DNA from: Flavobacteriaceae bacterium
GTDB lineage: Bacteria > Bacteroidota > Bacteroidia > Flavobacteriales > Flavobacteriaceae
Direction: 5' to 3'
DNA: 32,000 nucleotides
Assembly (NCBI GenBank): GCA_965224465.1
Contig: OZ245049.1
Location: 4,890,001-4,922,000 of the forward strand
Shown: positions 8,097 to 17,698 of the stretch, piece by piece
Layout: each line of letters opens with the position of its first letter
How positions within the stretch are numbered: position 1 is the first letter of the stretch
Position numbers and translations under genes: made by a program
Notes under the pieces: model-generated
The model's input: only the letters and a program-made list of their open reading frames with translations
What the model was told of the DNA's origin: nothing
The model's database searches: none

Positions 8097-11000
8097 ATGA
8101 AATATAAAATACTATTATTAGTTCTGTTTCTTTTTGTCTTTTCTTTAACAAGTTTTTCTCAAATTAAAGACCCATTAATTACCAGCGATGCTGTAGCACA
8201 GCAAAAATGGGTTGATAATTTAATGAGCCACATGTCCGTTGATCAAAAGATAGGACAATTATTTATGGTGGCAGCTTATTCGAATAAAGGTAAAAAGCAT
8301 ACGGATTATATTCATGGTTTGATTCGTGATTTCCAAATTGGAGGACTTATCTTTATGCAAGGAACTCCTTTAAAACAAGCCCGGTTAAATAACAGTTACC
8401 AAAAGCAATCTAAAATACCTTTGTTGATTGGTTTTGATGGTGAATGGGGCTTAGATATGCGTTTAAAAAATACATATAAATACCCTTGGAATATGACTTT
8501 GGGAGCCATCAGGAATGATTCTTTGATAGAACAATTTGGCAAACAACTAGGAAAGCATTGTAAAAGATTAGGAATTCATATAAATTTTGCTCCAGTAGTA
8601 GATGTGAATACAAATCCAAACAATCCAATTATTGGTAATAGATCTTTTGGAGAAAACAAATTAAATGTTGCTTCAAAAGCCATCGCTTTTACAAAGGGAA
8701 TGCAAAGTCAAGGTGTACTTGCAAATGCTAAACATTTCCCTGGTCATGGCGATACAGCAACAGACTCTCATAAAACGCTTCCGTTTGTTTCCTTTTCAAA
8801 AGAAAGGATAGAAGCGGTAGAATTATATCCATATAAGGAATTATTTAAAAACGGACTCACCAGTATTATGGCGGCTCATTTAAGTATTCCTAGTTTAGAG
8901 CCTAATCCAGGACTGCCATCTTCGTTATCATACAATATTATTACGACGATTTTACAAGAGGATTTAGGATTTAAAGGATTGATAATTACGGATGCTTTAA
9001 ATATGAAAGGGACCTCAGATTTTGCGGAACCTGGCGCTATTGATTTGGCAGCATTACTCGCTGGTAATGATGTGTTGTTATTTCCAGAGAATGTGTCAAT
9101 TGCTTTAAATAAGATAAAATCGGCATTAAAAGAAGAAGTATTGACAGAGGAACGTTTGGATATTTCTGTTCGAAAAATATTAAAAGCCAAGTATTGGGCA
9201 GGTTTGTATAAAAAGAAATATGTTGAGTTGACCAATTTAAACAAAGATTTAAATACGATTACAGATAAACTGTTGCACGAAAAATTACTTGAAAATGCGG
9301 TGAGTTTGATTAAAAATTCTAGCAATGTATTTCCAATTCAAAATTTGGATAAGAAAAAAATTGCCTATGTGAAATTTGGGGATGCTCAGAATAAGGATTA
9401 CCTAAGAATGTTGCGGAAATACACGAATATCACCGTTATTTCTGGTAAAACTATAGATATTATTTTAGAAAAACTCAAAGGATTTAACGTAGTAATTATG
9501 GGCTATCATAAATCCAATAAAAACCCGTGGAAATCTTTTAAATTTAAGCATAAAGAATTGTTTTGGTTGCAAGAAATAGCGAGAGAAAACGATGTTATTT
9601 TAGATGTTTTTGCAAGCCCGTATAGTTTGTTAGATATTAAAACATTTGAGAATATTGATGGGTTACTAGTGTCTTATCAAAACAGTAAAATTTCTCAGGA
9701 GGTTTCTGCACAAATGATTTTTGGAGCAATTCCAGCAAAAGGAAAGTTGCCAGTTTCTATTCGAAACGAATTTTCTGAAGGGCATGGTCTTATGAGTTCT
9801 TCTTTAAAACGATTGGGATACGGCATCCCTGAAGAAGTAGGAATGGACAGTAATATTTTAAATAAAATTGATGCCATTGGTAGAGAAGTTGTAGCAAAAA
9901 AAATGGCTCCAGGTATGCAGGTATTGGTTGCTAGAAAAGGAAAAGTTATTTTCCATAGGACTTATGGCTACCATACGGATAAAAAAGTTCGAAGAGTCAG
10001 AAAAAATGACGTGTACGATTTGGCTTCTTTAACAAAAATATTGGGTGGATTACCAATGATAATGAGAAGTGAAGAATTAGGTAAATTTGATTTAGATAAT
10101 ACATTAGGTGATATTATGCCTATCCTGAGAGGTTCTAATAAAGATACAGTTACCATCCGAGAAGCATTGTCTCATAATGGAAAATTAAAACCATGGATTC
10201 CTTTTTATCTAAAAACGATAGATAGCGTTACCAAATTGCCTTCTTTAAAATATTATAGGTCTAAAAGATCTTATAAATTCCCTATAAAAATAGCGAAAAA
10301 TTTATATTTACGTAAGGATTATATTGATACTATTTTTCAACGAATTGTAGATGTGCCTCAACGTCGTAAAAGCGGGTATAAATATAGTGGTTTGCCCTTT
10401 TATTTGTTTAAAAAATATGTAGAGGATACATATAAGGAGAAAATGGATGTTTTGAATGATCGTCTTTTTTATAAGCCTTTAGGAGCCAATTCTTTGATGT
10501 ATAATCCCCTTAATAAAATATCAAAATATACGATTGTACCTACAGAAGATGATGATTATTATAGACATCAATTGCTACAAGGCTATGTACATGATATGGG
10601 GGCTGCTATGTTAAATGGGGTAAGTGGTAATGCTGGACTGTTTGGGAATGCAAATGATATTGCTAAGATGATGCAAATGTACCTTCAAAAAGGGTTTTAT
10701 GGCGGTAAACGCTATTTTAAAACAAGTACGATAAATACCTTTACCAAACGTCACTATGAAAAAGATAGTATTAGAAGAGGTTTAGGATTTGATAAACCTC
10801 AAATGGATCCTGATGTTTCTGCGACTTGTGGTTGTGTATCTGATCAGAGTTTTGGGCATAGTGGTTTTACAGGTACGTATGCTTGGGCAGATCCTGTATC
10901 CGAAATTGTATATGTGTTTTTGTCGAATAGAGTGTATCCAAAAATGAGTAATTATGGATTGGTGAAAGAAGGAATCCGAACAAGAGTGCAACAAATTATT

Positions 11001-11099
11001 CAAGATGCAATTATTGATGATGTGCAATTATTAAAGAAGAAACCTTTTTTAAAAGGCAAGCAAAATTCAAATAACAAAGGAAAGGTTTCTCAAAAATAA
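8097..11099 (+). CDS. Secreted fusion protein: glycoside hydrolase family 3 (NagZ-like beta-N-acetylhexosaminidase) N-terminal domain + beta-lactamase-fold serine hydrolase C-terminal domain
   Basis: Signal peptide MKYKILLLVLFLFVFSLTSFSQ. GH3 motifs KHFPGHGDTATDSH and GLIITDALNMKG. The C-terminal half has the S-x-x-K box (ASLTK) and HSGFTGT (the KTG-like box of the class-C/PBP4* type fold). Confidence 0.85.
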   Translation: MKYKILLLVLFLFVFSLTSFSQIKDPLITSDAVAQQKWVDNLMSHMSVDQKIGQLFMVAAYSNKGKKHTDYIHGLIRDFQIGGLIFMQGTPLKQARLNNSYQKQSKIPLLIGFDGEWGLDMRLKNTYKYPWNMTLGAIRNDSLIEQFGKQLGKHCKRLGIHINFAPVVDVNTNPNNPIIGNRSFGENKLNVASKAIAFTKGMQSQGVLANAKHFPGHGDTATDSHKTLPFVSFSKERIEAVELYPYKELFKNGLTSIMAAHLSIPSLEPNPGLPSSLSYNIITTILQEDLGFKGLIITDALNMKGTSDFAEPGAIDLAALLAGNDVLLFPENVSIALNKIKSALKEEVLTEERLDISVRKILKAKYWAGLYKKKYVELTNLNKDLNTITDKLLHEKLLENAVSLIKNSSNVFPIQNLDKKKIAYVKFGDAQNKDYLRMLRKYTNITVISGKTIDIILEKLKGFNVVIMGYHKSNKNPWKSFKFKHKELFWLQEIARENDVILDVFASPYSLLDIKTFENIDGLLVSYQNSKISQEVSAQMIFGAIPAKGKLPVSIRNEFSEGHGLMSSSLKRLGYGIPEEVGMDSNILNKIDAIGREVVAKKMAPGMQVLVARKGKVIFHRTYGYHTDKKVRRVRKNDVYDLASLTKILGGLPMIMRSEELGKFDLDNTLGDIMPILRGSNKDTVTIREALSHNGKLKPWIPFYLKTIDSVTKLPSLKYYRSKRSYKFPIKIAKNLYLRKDYIDTIFQRIVDVPQRRKSGYKYSGLPFYLFKKYVEDTYKEKMDVLNDRLFYKPLGANSLMYNPLNKISKYTIVPTEDDDYYRHQLLQGYVHDMGAAMLNGVSGNAGLFGNANDIAKMMQMYLQKGFYGGKRYFKTSTINTFTKRHYEKDSIRRGLGFDKPQMDPDVSATCGCVSDQSFGHSGFTGTYAWADPVSEIVYVFLSNRVYPKMSNYGLVKEGIRTRVQQIIQDAIIDDVQLLKKKPFLKGKQNSNNKGKVSQK

Positions 11100-11152
11100 A
11101 CTATTTATATCGGTTGTTTTGGATTGTAATATGTCTAAATAGCACAATGTGT

Positions 11153-11196
11153 AAAGGCGCAAAATTAATTCGTATTGATTTTGCGCCTTTTATTTT
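11153..11196 (+). terminator. Rho-independent terminator downstream of the GH3 fusion gene
   Basis: 13-bp perfect stem AAAGGCGCAAAAT / ATTTTGCGCCTTT (11153-11165 / 11178-11190) followed by TATTTT. Confidence 0.8.
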
Positions 11197-11213
11197 GACG
11201 AGTAGCAATATTC

Positions 11214-11363
11214 AAATACTTTTCCAAGTGATGGTTTAGAAATGGACTTGTTTTTTGTTTTAGCTAGGCGAAAAATGGTTGGATAGCCATTGCTATCGTT
11301 CTGTTTTTTAACAAGGTTAGAACGTAAAATAAACTATTAATATCGGTTGTTTTGGATTGTAAT
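11214..11363 (+). repeat. Dispersed ~150-bp intergenic element, full-length copy
   Basis: AAATACTTTTCCAAGTGATGGTTTAGAAATGGACTTGTTTTTTGTTTTAGCTAGGCGAAAAATGG..GGATAGCCATTGCTATCGTTCTGTTTTTT...CTATTAATATCGGTTGTTTTGGATTGTAAT. It contains the hairpin GATAGC-CATT-GCTATC followed by a T-tract. It is colinear with 26598-26747. Confidence 0.85.
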
Positions 11364-11465
11364 AGGTATCATCTTATAGAATAGGGAATGGCATGGATCG
11401 ACCTCAGAATCGAAATAGCCTTTCGAAATAAAATCTTGTGCTTTGGGACGATCTTGTTGATTTTT

Positions 11466-12137
11466 TTAATGACTAAATACGTATTCTATGATGTTACTAC
11501 CCATTTGTAAAGCTTTTTCTCTTGCATCTTGGCTGTCTCCATGCACTTCTGGATCTTCCCATCCATCGCTTAAGTCGGTTTCGTAATCATAAAAAACAAT
11601 CATTTTGTCTCCAGAAAACAAACCGAAACCTTGAGCAGGTTTTAAATCATGCTCATGTATTTTTGGAATCCCTTTTTTAAAAATAAAATGTTGATGGTAT
11701 ATGGGATGATTCTGCGGGATTTCTTTTAATGTTAATTCGGGAAATAATCTTTTTAATTCTCGTCGGATGTATTTGTCCAATCCATAATTGTCAGAAATAT
11801 GTAAAAAGCCTCCAGATAATAGGTATCCTCGTAAGTTTTTGATGTCCTTTTCTGAAAAATGAACATTTCCATGCCCTGTCATAAAAAGAATAGGATAGTT
11901 TAAAATGTCTTTATTACTGGCGGATACAACTACAGGTTTTTTAGAAATATTTGTATGAATATTGGCATTCGAATACTGTATTAAATTAGGAACAGCTGTG
12001 GGGTTTGCATACCAATCTCCACCGCCATCATATTTTAATATTGCCAGCTCTTGACCTATTAATATTTGGTGAAATAACAGGGAGAAAGTACATAAAATTA
12101 CAATGTTAAGATGGGACTTTAAGAATGGTTTTTTCAT
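11466..12137 (-). CDS. DUF4159-like secreted protein
   Basis: 223 aa with N-terminal hydrophobic signal. The LKYDGGGDWYANPTAVPNL motif is as I recall it for DUF4159. The ATG overlaps the rsmE stop (ATGA). Confidence 0.6.
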   Translation of the reverse strand: MKKPFLKSHLNIVILCTFSLLFHQILIGQELAILKYDGGGDWYANPTAVPNLIQYSNANIHTNISKKPVVVSASNKDILNYPILFMTGHGNVHFSEKDIKNLRGYLLSGGFLHISDNYGLDKYIRRELKRLFPELTLKEIPQNHPIYHQHFIFKKGIPKIHEHDLKPAQGFGLFSGDKMIVFYDYETDLSDGWEDPEVHGDSQDAREKALQMGSNIIEYVFSH

Positions 12138-12844
12138 TGTTCATTGGTAAACGCGATACTGTGTACGGCTACAATTCCAGCTGTTTCTGTTCGTAATCGG
12201 CTTGTACCCAAAGATACAGGAATATATTTGTGATCCAAGGCGAGTGCTATTTCTTTTGTAGAAAAGTCACCTTCAGGACCAATTAGGATGGTGTAGTTTT
12301 CGGATGCTTTAAGGAGCGATTTTAAGGATGTTTTGTCGGTTTCTTCGCAATGTGCAATGAGTAATGTTCCAGTAGGATTGGCCTTGAGAAATTCACTCAG
12401 TTTTATTGCTGGATTTAATATTGGAAAATGGTATTTTAACGATTGTTTAGCCGCCGTATGTATTATTTTCTCCATACGCTCTTGTTTGATTACCTTTCTT
12501 TCTGAATGATCACAAATAATTGGTGTAATTTCATCTACACCAATTTCGGTTGCTTTTTCCAAAAACCACTCAAACCTTTCATTTAGTTTTGTTGGAGCTA
12601 TGGCAATGTGAATGCTGTAGTTCCGTTGTTTCTTTTGTTGTTGAATTTCTTTTATTTTGACCAAACATTTTTTGTCACTGGCTAGCATTATTTCACAAAC
12701 AAACAGTGTTCCTAGCCCGTTGGTGATGTTTAGTAGGTCTCCTTCTGTTTTTCGCAACACACGAACAATATGTTTGCTTTCTTGCTTGTCGAAAGTAAAA
12801 TCTACGTCGGTTTCTTGGATGGTTTTATTAAAAAATAATTGCAT
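12134..12844 (-). CDS. rsmE: 16S rRNA (uracil1498-N3)-methyltransferase RsmE
   Basis: N-terminal PUA-like motif SKHIVRVLRKTEGD, C-terminal SPOUT region ILIGPEGDFS and LGTSRLRTETAG. The start is probably the ATG at 12844 (MQLFF), overlapping the upstream stop as TAATG, rather than 12868. Confidence 0.82.
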   Translation of the reverse strand: MQLFFNKTIQETDVDFTFDKQESKHIVRVLRKTEGDLLNITNGLGTLFVCEIMLASDKKCLVKIKEIQQQKKQRNYSIHIAIAPTKLNERFEWFLEKATEIGVDEITPIICDHSERKVIKQERMEKIIHTAAKQSLKYHFPILNPAIKLSEFLKANPTGTLLIAHCEETDKTSLKSLLKASENYTILIGPEGDFSTKEIALALDHKYIPVSLGTSRLRTETAGIVAVHSIAFTNEQ

Positions 12845-13962
12845 TATATTTTTTTTAGGTAAGTACACCTTTTTTTATAGGTTATTGGTTTAAAGTTTTT
12901 CCACAATTGATGAATGGCTGTGTTTTCCTCTAGTTCGGGTGTTCGTATACAGCTTTCAATACCATTTTTTTTAAATACTTTATGGTACTCTCTAAATAAG
13001 ATAGAATTTACACCTCTTTTTTGATAGGTTGGATGGATGCCTATCAAGTACGAAATTATTTCTTTACTTTTCTTTTTGGCTCTCAATAAATGAAAAATTC
13101 CAAACGGAAAAAGTTTTCCATTTGCTTTTTGTAAGGCTTTAGAAAATGAAGGCATGGTAATTCCAAAAGCAATCATCTTCCCTTCTTTATCCATTACAAA
13201 CTTAATGAATTCGGGGTTTATAAAGCTGATGTATTTTTTTTTGAAGTATTCTTTTTGAATGTCAGAAATTGGCACAAAAGAAGCCAAAGAAGCGTAGGAT
13301 TCGTTAAATAAATCAAACATTTCATTTATATAAGGCATAACATCCTTTGTTTTTTTAAAACTTACTGGATGTAAGTCATAGCGTTTTTCCAGTAAGGTAG
13401 AAATACGTTCAAAATATTTGGGATGAATGTTTTCGAAATCCATCTTGTTTTCTAGAAAAACTTTTCCTTTAACAAAACCTAATTGTTCTAAATGCTCTTT
13501 GTAATAAGAATGGTTATACCATGTAACCATTGTTCCAATATGGTCAAACCCTTCGGTAAGAACACCTACTTTGTCTAAATTCGAAAAACCTACGGGCCCT
13601 TCCATAAACTCCAATTGATGTGCTTGTCCAATGTTTTTCACTTCATTTAGCAATGCTTTGGTAACTTCAATATCATCAATCATATCGAGCCAACCAAAAC
13701 GCATTTTTTTTATTTTTTGCTGGTTGATTTCAATCCAATTTATAATGGCAGCCACTCGCCCTACAATCTTCCCGTTTTTAAGAGCTATAAAATACCGAGC
13801 TTCGGCATGATTGAATACAGGGTTTTCTGCAGGGTCAAAACTTGCTACTTCCTCTTTTATGATGGGTGGAACCCAATACTTATTATTTTTATAAAGGCTA
13901 AAAGGAAAGGTGACAAATAATTTCAATTCCTTTTGCGTATAAAGTTCTTGTATTTGAATCAT
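12844..13962 (-). CDS. Conserved 372-aa protein, probably GNAT-fold acyltransferase-like
   Basis: Long clean ORF. Weak resemblance to N-acetyltransferase cores (IVGRVAAIINW; YQKRGVNSILF resembles the acetyl-CoA-binding Q/RxxGxG/A loop). The product call is tentative. Confidence 0.5.
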   Translation of the reverse strand: MIQIQELYTQKELKLFVTFPFSLYKNNKYWVPPIIKEEVASFDPAENPVFNHAEARYFIALKNGKIVGRVAAIINWIEINQQKIKKMRFGWLDMIDDIEVTKALLNEVKNIGQAHQLEFMEGPVGFSNLDKVGVLTEGFDHIGTMVTWYNHSYYKEHLEQLGFVKGKVFLENKMDFENIHPKYFERISTLLEKRYDLHPVSFKKTKDVMPYINEMFDLFNESYASLASFVPISDIQKEYFKKKYISFINPEFIKFVMDKEGKMIAFGITMPSFSKALQKANGKLFPFGIFHLLRAKKKSKEIISYLIGIHPTYQKRGVNSILFREYHKVFKKNGIESCIRTPELEENTAIHQLWKNFKPITYKKRCTYLKKI

Positions 13963-13968
13963 ACTTTT

Positions 13969-14904
13969 TTAATGCTTTTTGAACAGTTTTGAAAAGAAAC
14001 CACGTTTTGATTTAATACGTTTAGGTCTCTTTTTTTGTCGTTTGATTTTAAATGAATCCTTATGAAAATCTAACCTCCAGCTACAACCTAAGCCACCATA
14101 GGTTTCCGTATAACTTTTATTGAGGTTTGTTCGCATTGAAATGTCAAATTGAAGGTTGGGAGTAAGCAAATAAGCAAATCCAGCTCCAATTTTAAATTCG
14201 TTATTGCTGTCTTTAATAAATATACCTTGGTTTTCTGCAAACATTGAAAATCGTGTCGAAGGAGCATAGGTAATTGTAGTTATATATCCGTATTCTGGAC
14301 TGTCTCCAGTAATTTTATCTCCAATAATATTGGTGATTAATACCAATTTGTCTGTAAAATCATTTTGTAATAGAAGCGCTGCTTTGGGTGTCATTCCTGT
14401 ATCTTTAAACCCTTCTGCTAACATATTTGTATTTAAACCAGCATAGATCCCTACCGATGGAATGATACGTCTCCAGTCAAAGGAATATTTTTTTTTCCAA
14501 CTTCTTATTTCTTTCGATATATCCCTGTATTTTTGTTTGTAAACAAGAAATTTAGCACCTACGGTAAATTTACTGATGCCGTTGATTTTTTTTGTAGTCG
14601 TAAAAGTGTTTTGAAATTTTTTACGGTCTTGTTGATAGGATAGATCTAGGTTTATCTCCAAACGTTCGAAGAACTGCCCTGTTCTTAATAATAAATTAGT
14701 ACCAATAGATCGCGTTGAATTAAAAGTAGATTGCTTGTCACTATTTTTATAAAAGAAACCTGCTTCTACCTGGTATACGCCAGTTCCTACACTATACGGA
14801 CTTTCTGAGAGTCCAGGTCTTTTTGAATTAATTATTTCTGTATACTGAGCTTGAATCCAGGTGCTTGAGCAAAGTAAAAATAGGAATAGGTATGTTTTTT
14901 TCAT
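13969..14904 (-). CDS. Outer-membrane beta-barrel protein (putative transporter/porin) with basic C-terminal tail
   Basis: Signal peptide MKKTYLFLFLLCSSTWIQAQ. Alternating hydrophobic beta-strand pattern ending in a terminal-strand-like GGLGCSWRLDF. The ATG at 14904 is preferred over the TTG at 14928. Confidence 0.55.
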   Translation of the reverse strand: MKKTYLFLFLLCSSTWIQAQYTEIINSKRPGLSESPYSVGTGVYQVEAGFFYKNSDKQSTFNSTRSIGTNLLLRTGQFFERLEINLDLSYQQDRKKFQNTFTTTKKINGISKFTVGAKFLVYKQKYRDISKEIRSWKKKYSFDWRRIIPSVGIYAGLNTNMLAEGFKDTGMTPKAALLLQNDFTDKLVLITNIIGDKITGDSPEYGYITTITYAPSTRFSMFAENQGIFIKDSNNEFKIGAGFAYLLTPNLQFDISMRTNLNKSYTETYGGLGCSWRLDFHKDSFKIKRQKKRPKRIKSKRGFFSKLFKKH

Positions 14905-15006
14905 AATTCTATTGGTAATTTTAGTCAAATATAAGATTTTATCTTTTTTTAACGTTTCTAGTTGCTAACAAATTGTTATTTTTGAACTAAATTAAAAATA
15001 TCATAA

Positions 15007-15270
15007 ATGATTGGAGTTCTAAAAACGATAGTATACTTATTTGTATTTTACTATATTTTTAAATTTATAGGAAAATTCATCATGCCTTTGATTTTTAAAA
15101 AGGCGGTGTCTACTATGGAAAAAAAATACAAAGCACAGCAAGGACAATCTTCTTATTCAGAACCTAAAGTAAAAGAAGGTGAGACTGTGATTGATAAAAA
15201 GCCAAGCCCAGAAAAGAAGAGTAATAATGTAGGAGAATATATAGATTTTGAAGAGCTAAATGATGAATAA
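15007..15270 (+). CDS. Small membrane protein (DUF4834-like)
   Basis: 87 aa: one N-terminal TM helix, then a charged, low-complexity tail. It overlaps the downstream gene start by 11 nt. Confidence 0.45.
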   Translation: MIGVLKTIVYLFVFYYIFKFIGKFIMPLIFKKAVSTMEKKYKAQQGQSSYSEPKVKEGETVIDKKPSPEKKSNNVGEYIDFEELNDE

Positions 15271-17698
15271 TATATTTTTTAAAAAACTGTTTCCGTACCT
15301 TATTTCTCTCGTTGTTTTTGCGTTAGTGTCCATTATTTATTTTTATCCAGTATTGGAAGGGAAAAAAATAGAACAAAGCGATATCAAACAGTTTATCGGG
15401 ATGTCTAAGGAAATTGTAGATTATAGAGCCGAATATGGCGCTGAACCGTATTGGACCAATGCTGCGTTTGGAGGAATGCCTTCCTATCAAGTGAGTACCT
15501 ATTATCCAAATGATTTTGTTAAAAAAGTGGACGGATTCCTTCGCTTTTTACCACGCCCTGCAGATTATTTATTTCTGTATTTTCTTGGTTTCTTTATCCT
15601 ATTACTAACCCTTAAATGTGATTGGAAAATTGCCTTAATTGGTTCCTTAGCTTTTGGTTTTTCTACCTATTTTATTATTATTTTAGGAGTAGGTCACAAT
15701 GCAAAAGCACATGCTATAGGATATATTCCAATGGTGTTAGCAGGTATCTTATTGGTGTTTCAGAAAAAGTATTTATGGGGTTTTATGCTCACTTCCATAG
15801 CGATGGCGTTGGAAATAAATGCGAGCCATCCTCAAATGACGTATTATTTATTGTTCTCAGTACTTATTTTAGGTATTTTTAAATTGATAGAAGCACTGCG
15901 TGCAAAAGAGCTTTCGGTATTATTCAAACAAGTAGGGGTATTACTAATTGCTGTTGTACTTGCTATTGGTACCAATGCGTCTAGTTTGATGGCAACAAAA
16001 GAATATGTTGCACATAGTACTAGAGGGAAAAGCGATTTGACTATTGACGTAGATGGCAGTCCTAAGAAACAAACCAGTGGACTCTCAAAGGAATATATTA
16101 CAGCATATAGTTACGGGAAATTAGAAACATTTAACTTGTTTATTCCTCGATTTATGGGAGGGGCGAGTGTAGAAAATCTGGGGACAGATTCTCATATCTA
16201 TAATTTTTTAAAAGGTAAGGTAGCTCCTAGACAAGCAATGGATTGGTCAGATAGAGCTCCAACTTATTGGGGGGAGCAGCCCGGGGTTGCTGCACCAGCT
16301 TATATTGGCGCTGTTTTTATATTTCTTTTTATTGTAGGATTATTTCTAGTGCATGGCCCTTTAAAACAATGGTTGTTAGCTTCCGTAATCTTTTTTATTG
16401 TTTTGAGTTGGGGTAAGAACTTTGCGTTTTTAACCGACTTTTTTATCGATTATGTTCCCTTGTATTCCAAATTTAGAGCGGTTTCTTCCATGCAAGTTTT
16501 GGTGGAAATTGCGATTCCATTGTTAGGGATACTCGGTTTAAAAGAGCTATTCTCTAAAGAGATCCCTAAGGAGAAGAAACAATTTGCCATTAAGTATTCG
16601 CTATTAATTACAGGTGGTTTTGCAGCTGTATTTACCTTGTTTGGCTCGTTTATCTTTGATTTTATTGGCGCAAATGATGGTCAATATGATAAAATGCTGC
16701 CAGGATTGTCTGAGGCGATTCAATCAGATCGAATAGAAATGTTTTTTTCTGATAGTTTAAGAACATTGCTTTTGATAATTGCTACTGCTGGGGTACTTTG
16801 GATGTTTTTAAAAGAAAAGATAAAACGTGATGTTGCCATTGTAATTATTGGGGCATTGTTATTATTTGATTTGTCTACGGTGGCTTATAATTATGTAAAT
16901 GCAACTAATTTTGTGACGGCAAGAAAAGTTGATAAACCATTTGTAGCAAGTGCTATTGATAAAGAAATATTAAAAGATACGAGTTATTATAGAGTTGCTA
17001 ATTTAGCTGGAAACCCTATGAATGATGGGGCAACTTCTTATTTTCATAAGTCTATTGGTGGTTATCACGCTGCCAAGCCAGGGCGTTATCAAGAATTGTA
17101 TGATTATCATATTGCCAACAATAATATGGAAGTGTTAAATATGTTAAACACCAAATACTTTATGTTTATTGGGGGGGATGACCGTTTAAATGCACAACAG
17201 AATTTTGAAGCTAATGGCAATGCTTGGTTTGTTTCCAATATTCATTTGGTAAGGACTGCGAATGATGAAATAATGGGCTTGAAAAAAGGTGTATTTAATT
17301 CTAAAACAGATGTAGTTATCAATCAAAATCAATACAAACCTGCATCTTTAATAATTCCTGTTGATAGTACTGCTATTATCAAATTGACGCATTATAAAGC
17401 GAATGAATTACAGTATAAATCAAGTGCTAAAAGCCCTCAGCTTGCCGTGTTTTCAGAAATGTATTACCAACCTGGATGGAATGCGTATATAGATGGTGAG
17501 CTAACATCTCATTTTAGAGTAGATTATGTCCTAAGAGGAATGGAAATCCCTACAGGTAATCACGATATTGTGTTTAAATTTGAACCTTCAGTAATTAAGA
17601 CTGGTGGAACTATTAGTTTGATTAGTTTTGTGTTGATGTTACTTATTTCAGGGGCTTGGTTTTTTATTGAAAAACGAAAAAAAACGAAATCAGTATGA
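15260..17698 (+). CDS. YfhO-like polytopic membrane protein (putative glycosyl/glycan transferase of envelope polymer)
   Basis: 812 aa with about 12 or more predicted TM segments in the first 550 aa, a large C-terminal extracytoplasmic domain and a final TM. It is operon-linked to glycosyltransferases. Confidence 0.6.
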   Translation: MMNNIFFKKLFPYLISLVVFALVSIIYFYPVLEGKKIEQSDIKQFIGMSKEIVDYRAEYGAEPYWTNAAFGGMPSYQVSTYYPNDFVKKVDGFLRFLPRPADYLFLYFLGFFILLLTLKCDWKIALIGSLAFGFSTYFIIILGVGHNAKAHAIGYIPMVLAGILLVFQKKYLWGFMLTSIAMALEINASHPQMTYYLLFSVLILGIFKLIEALRAKELSVLFKQVGVLLIAVVLAIGTNASSLMATKEYVAHSTRGKSDLTIDVDGSPKKQTSGLSKEYITAYSYGKLETFNLFIPRFMGGASVENLGTDSHIYNFLKGKVAPRQAMDWSDRAPTYWGEQPGVAAPAYIGAVFIFLFIVGLFLVHGPLKQWLLASVIFFIVLSWGKNFAFLTDFFIDYVPLYSKFRAVSSMQVLVEIAIPLLGILGLKELFSKEIPKEKKQFAIKYSLLITGGFAAVFTLFGSFIFDFIGANDGQYDKMLPGLSEAIQSDRIEMFFSDSLRTLLLIIATAGVLWMFLKEKIKRDVAIVIIGALLLFDLSTVAYNYVNATNFVTARKVDKPFVASAIDKEILKDTSYYRVANLAGNPMNDGATSYFHKSIGGYHAAKPGRYQELYDYHIANNNMEVLNMLNTKYFMFIGGDDRLNAQQNFEANGNAWFVSNIHLVRTANDEIMGLKKGVFNSKTDVVINQNQYKPASLIIPVDSTAIIKLTHYKANELQYKSSAKSPQLAVFSEMYYQPGWNAYIDGELTSHFRVDYVLRGMEIPTGNHDIVFKFEPSVIKTGGTISLISFVLMLLISGAWFFIEKRKKTKSV

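Noticed and set aside
8876-9325. Antisense or alternative-frame ORFs inside long genes (8876-9325, 9695-9877, 9968-10156, 10782-11027, 6188-6415, 12657-12893, 13717-13920, 15622-15882, 18535-18875, 20960-21163, 21276-21476, 21864-22148, 24432-24702, 25525-25752, 25664-26287, 29286-30191, 31321-31704, 1057-1248)
   Set aside because: Each is fully nested in a longer ORF with recognisable motifs or a coherent domain structure. Their compositions are low-complexity mirror images of the sense frame.
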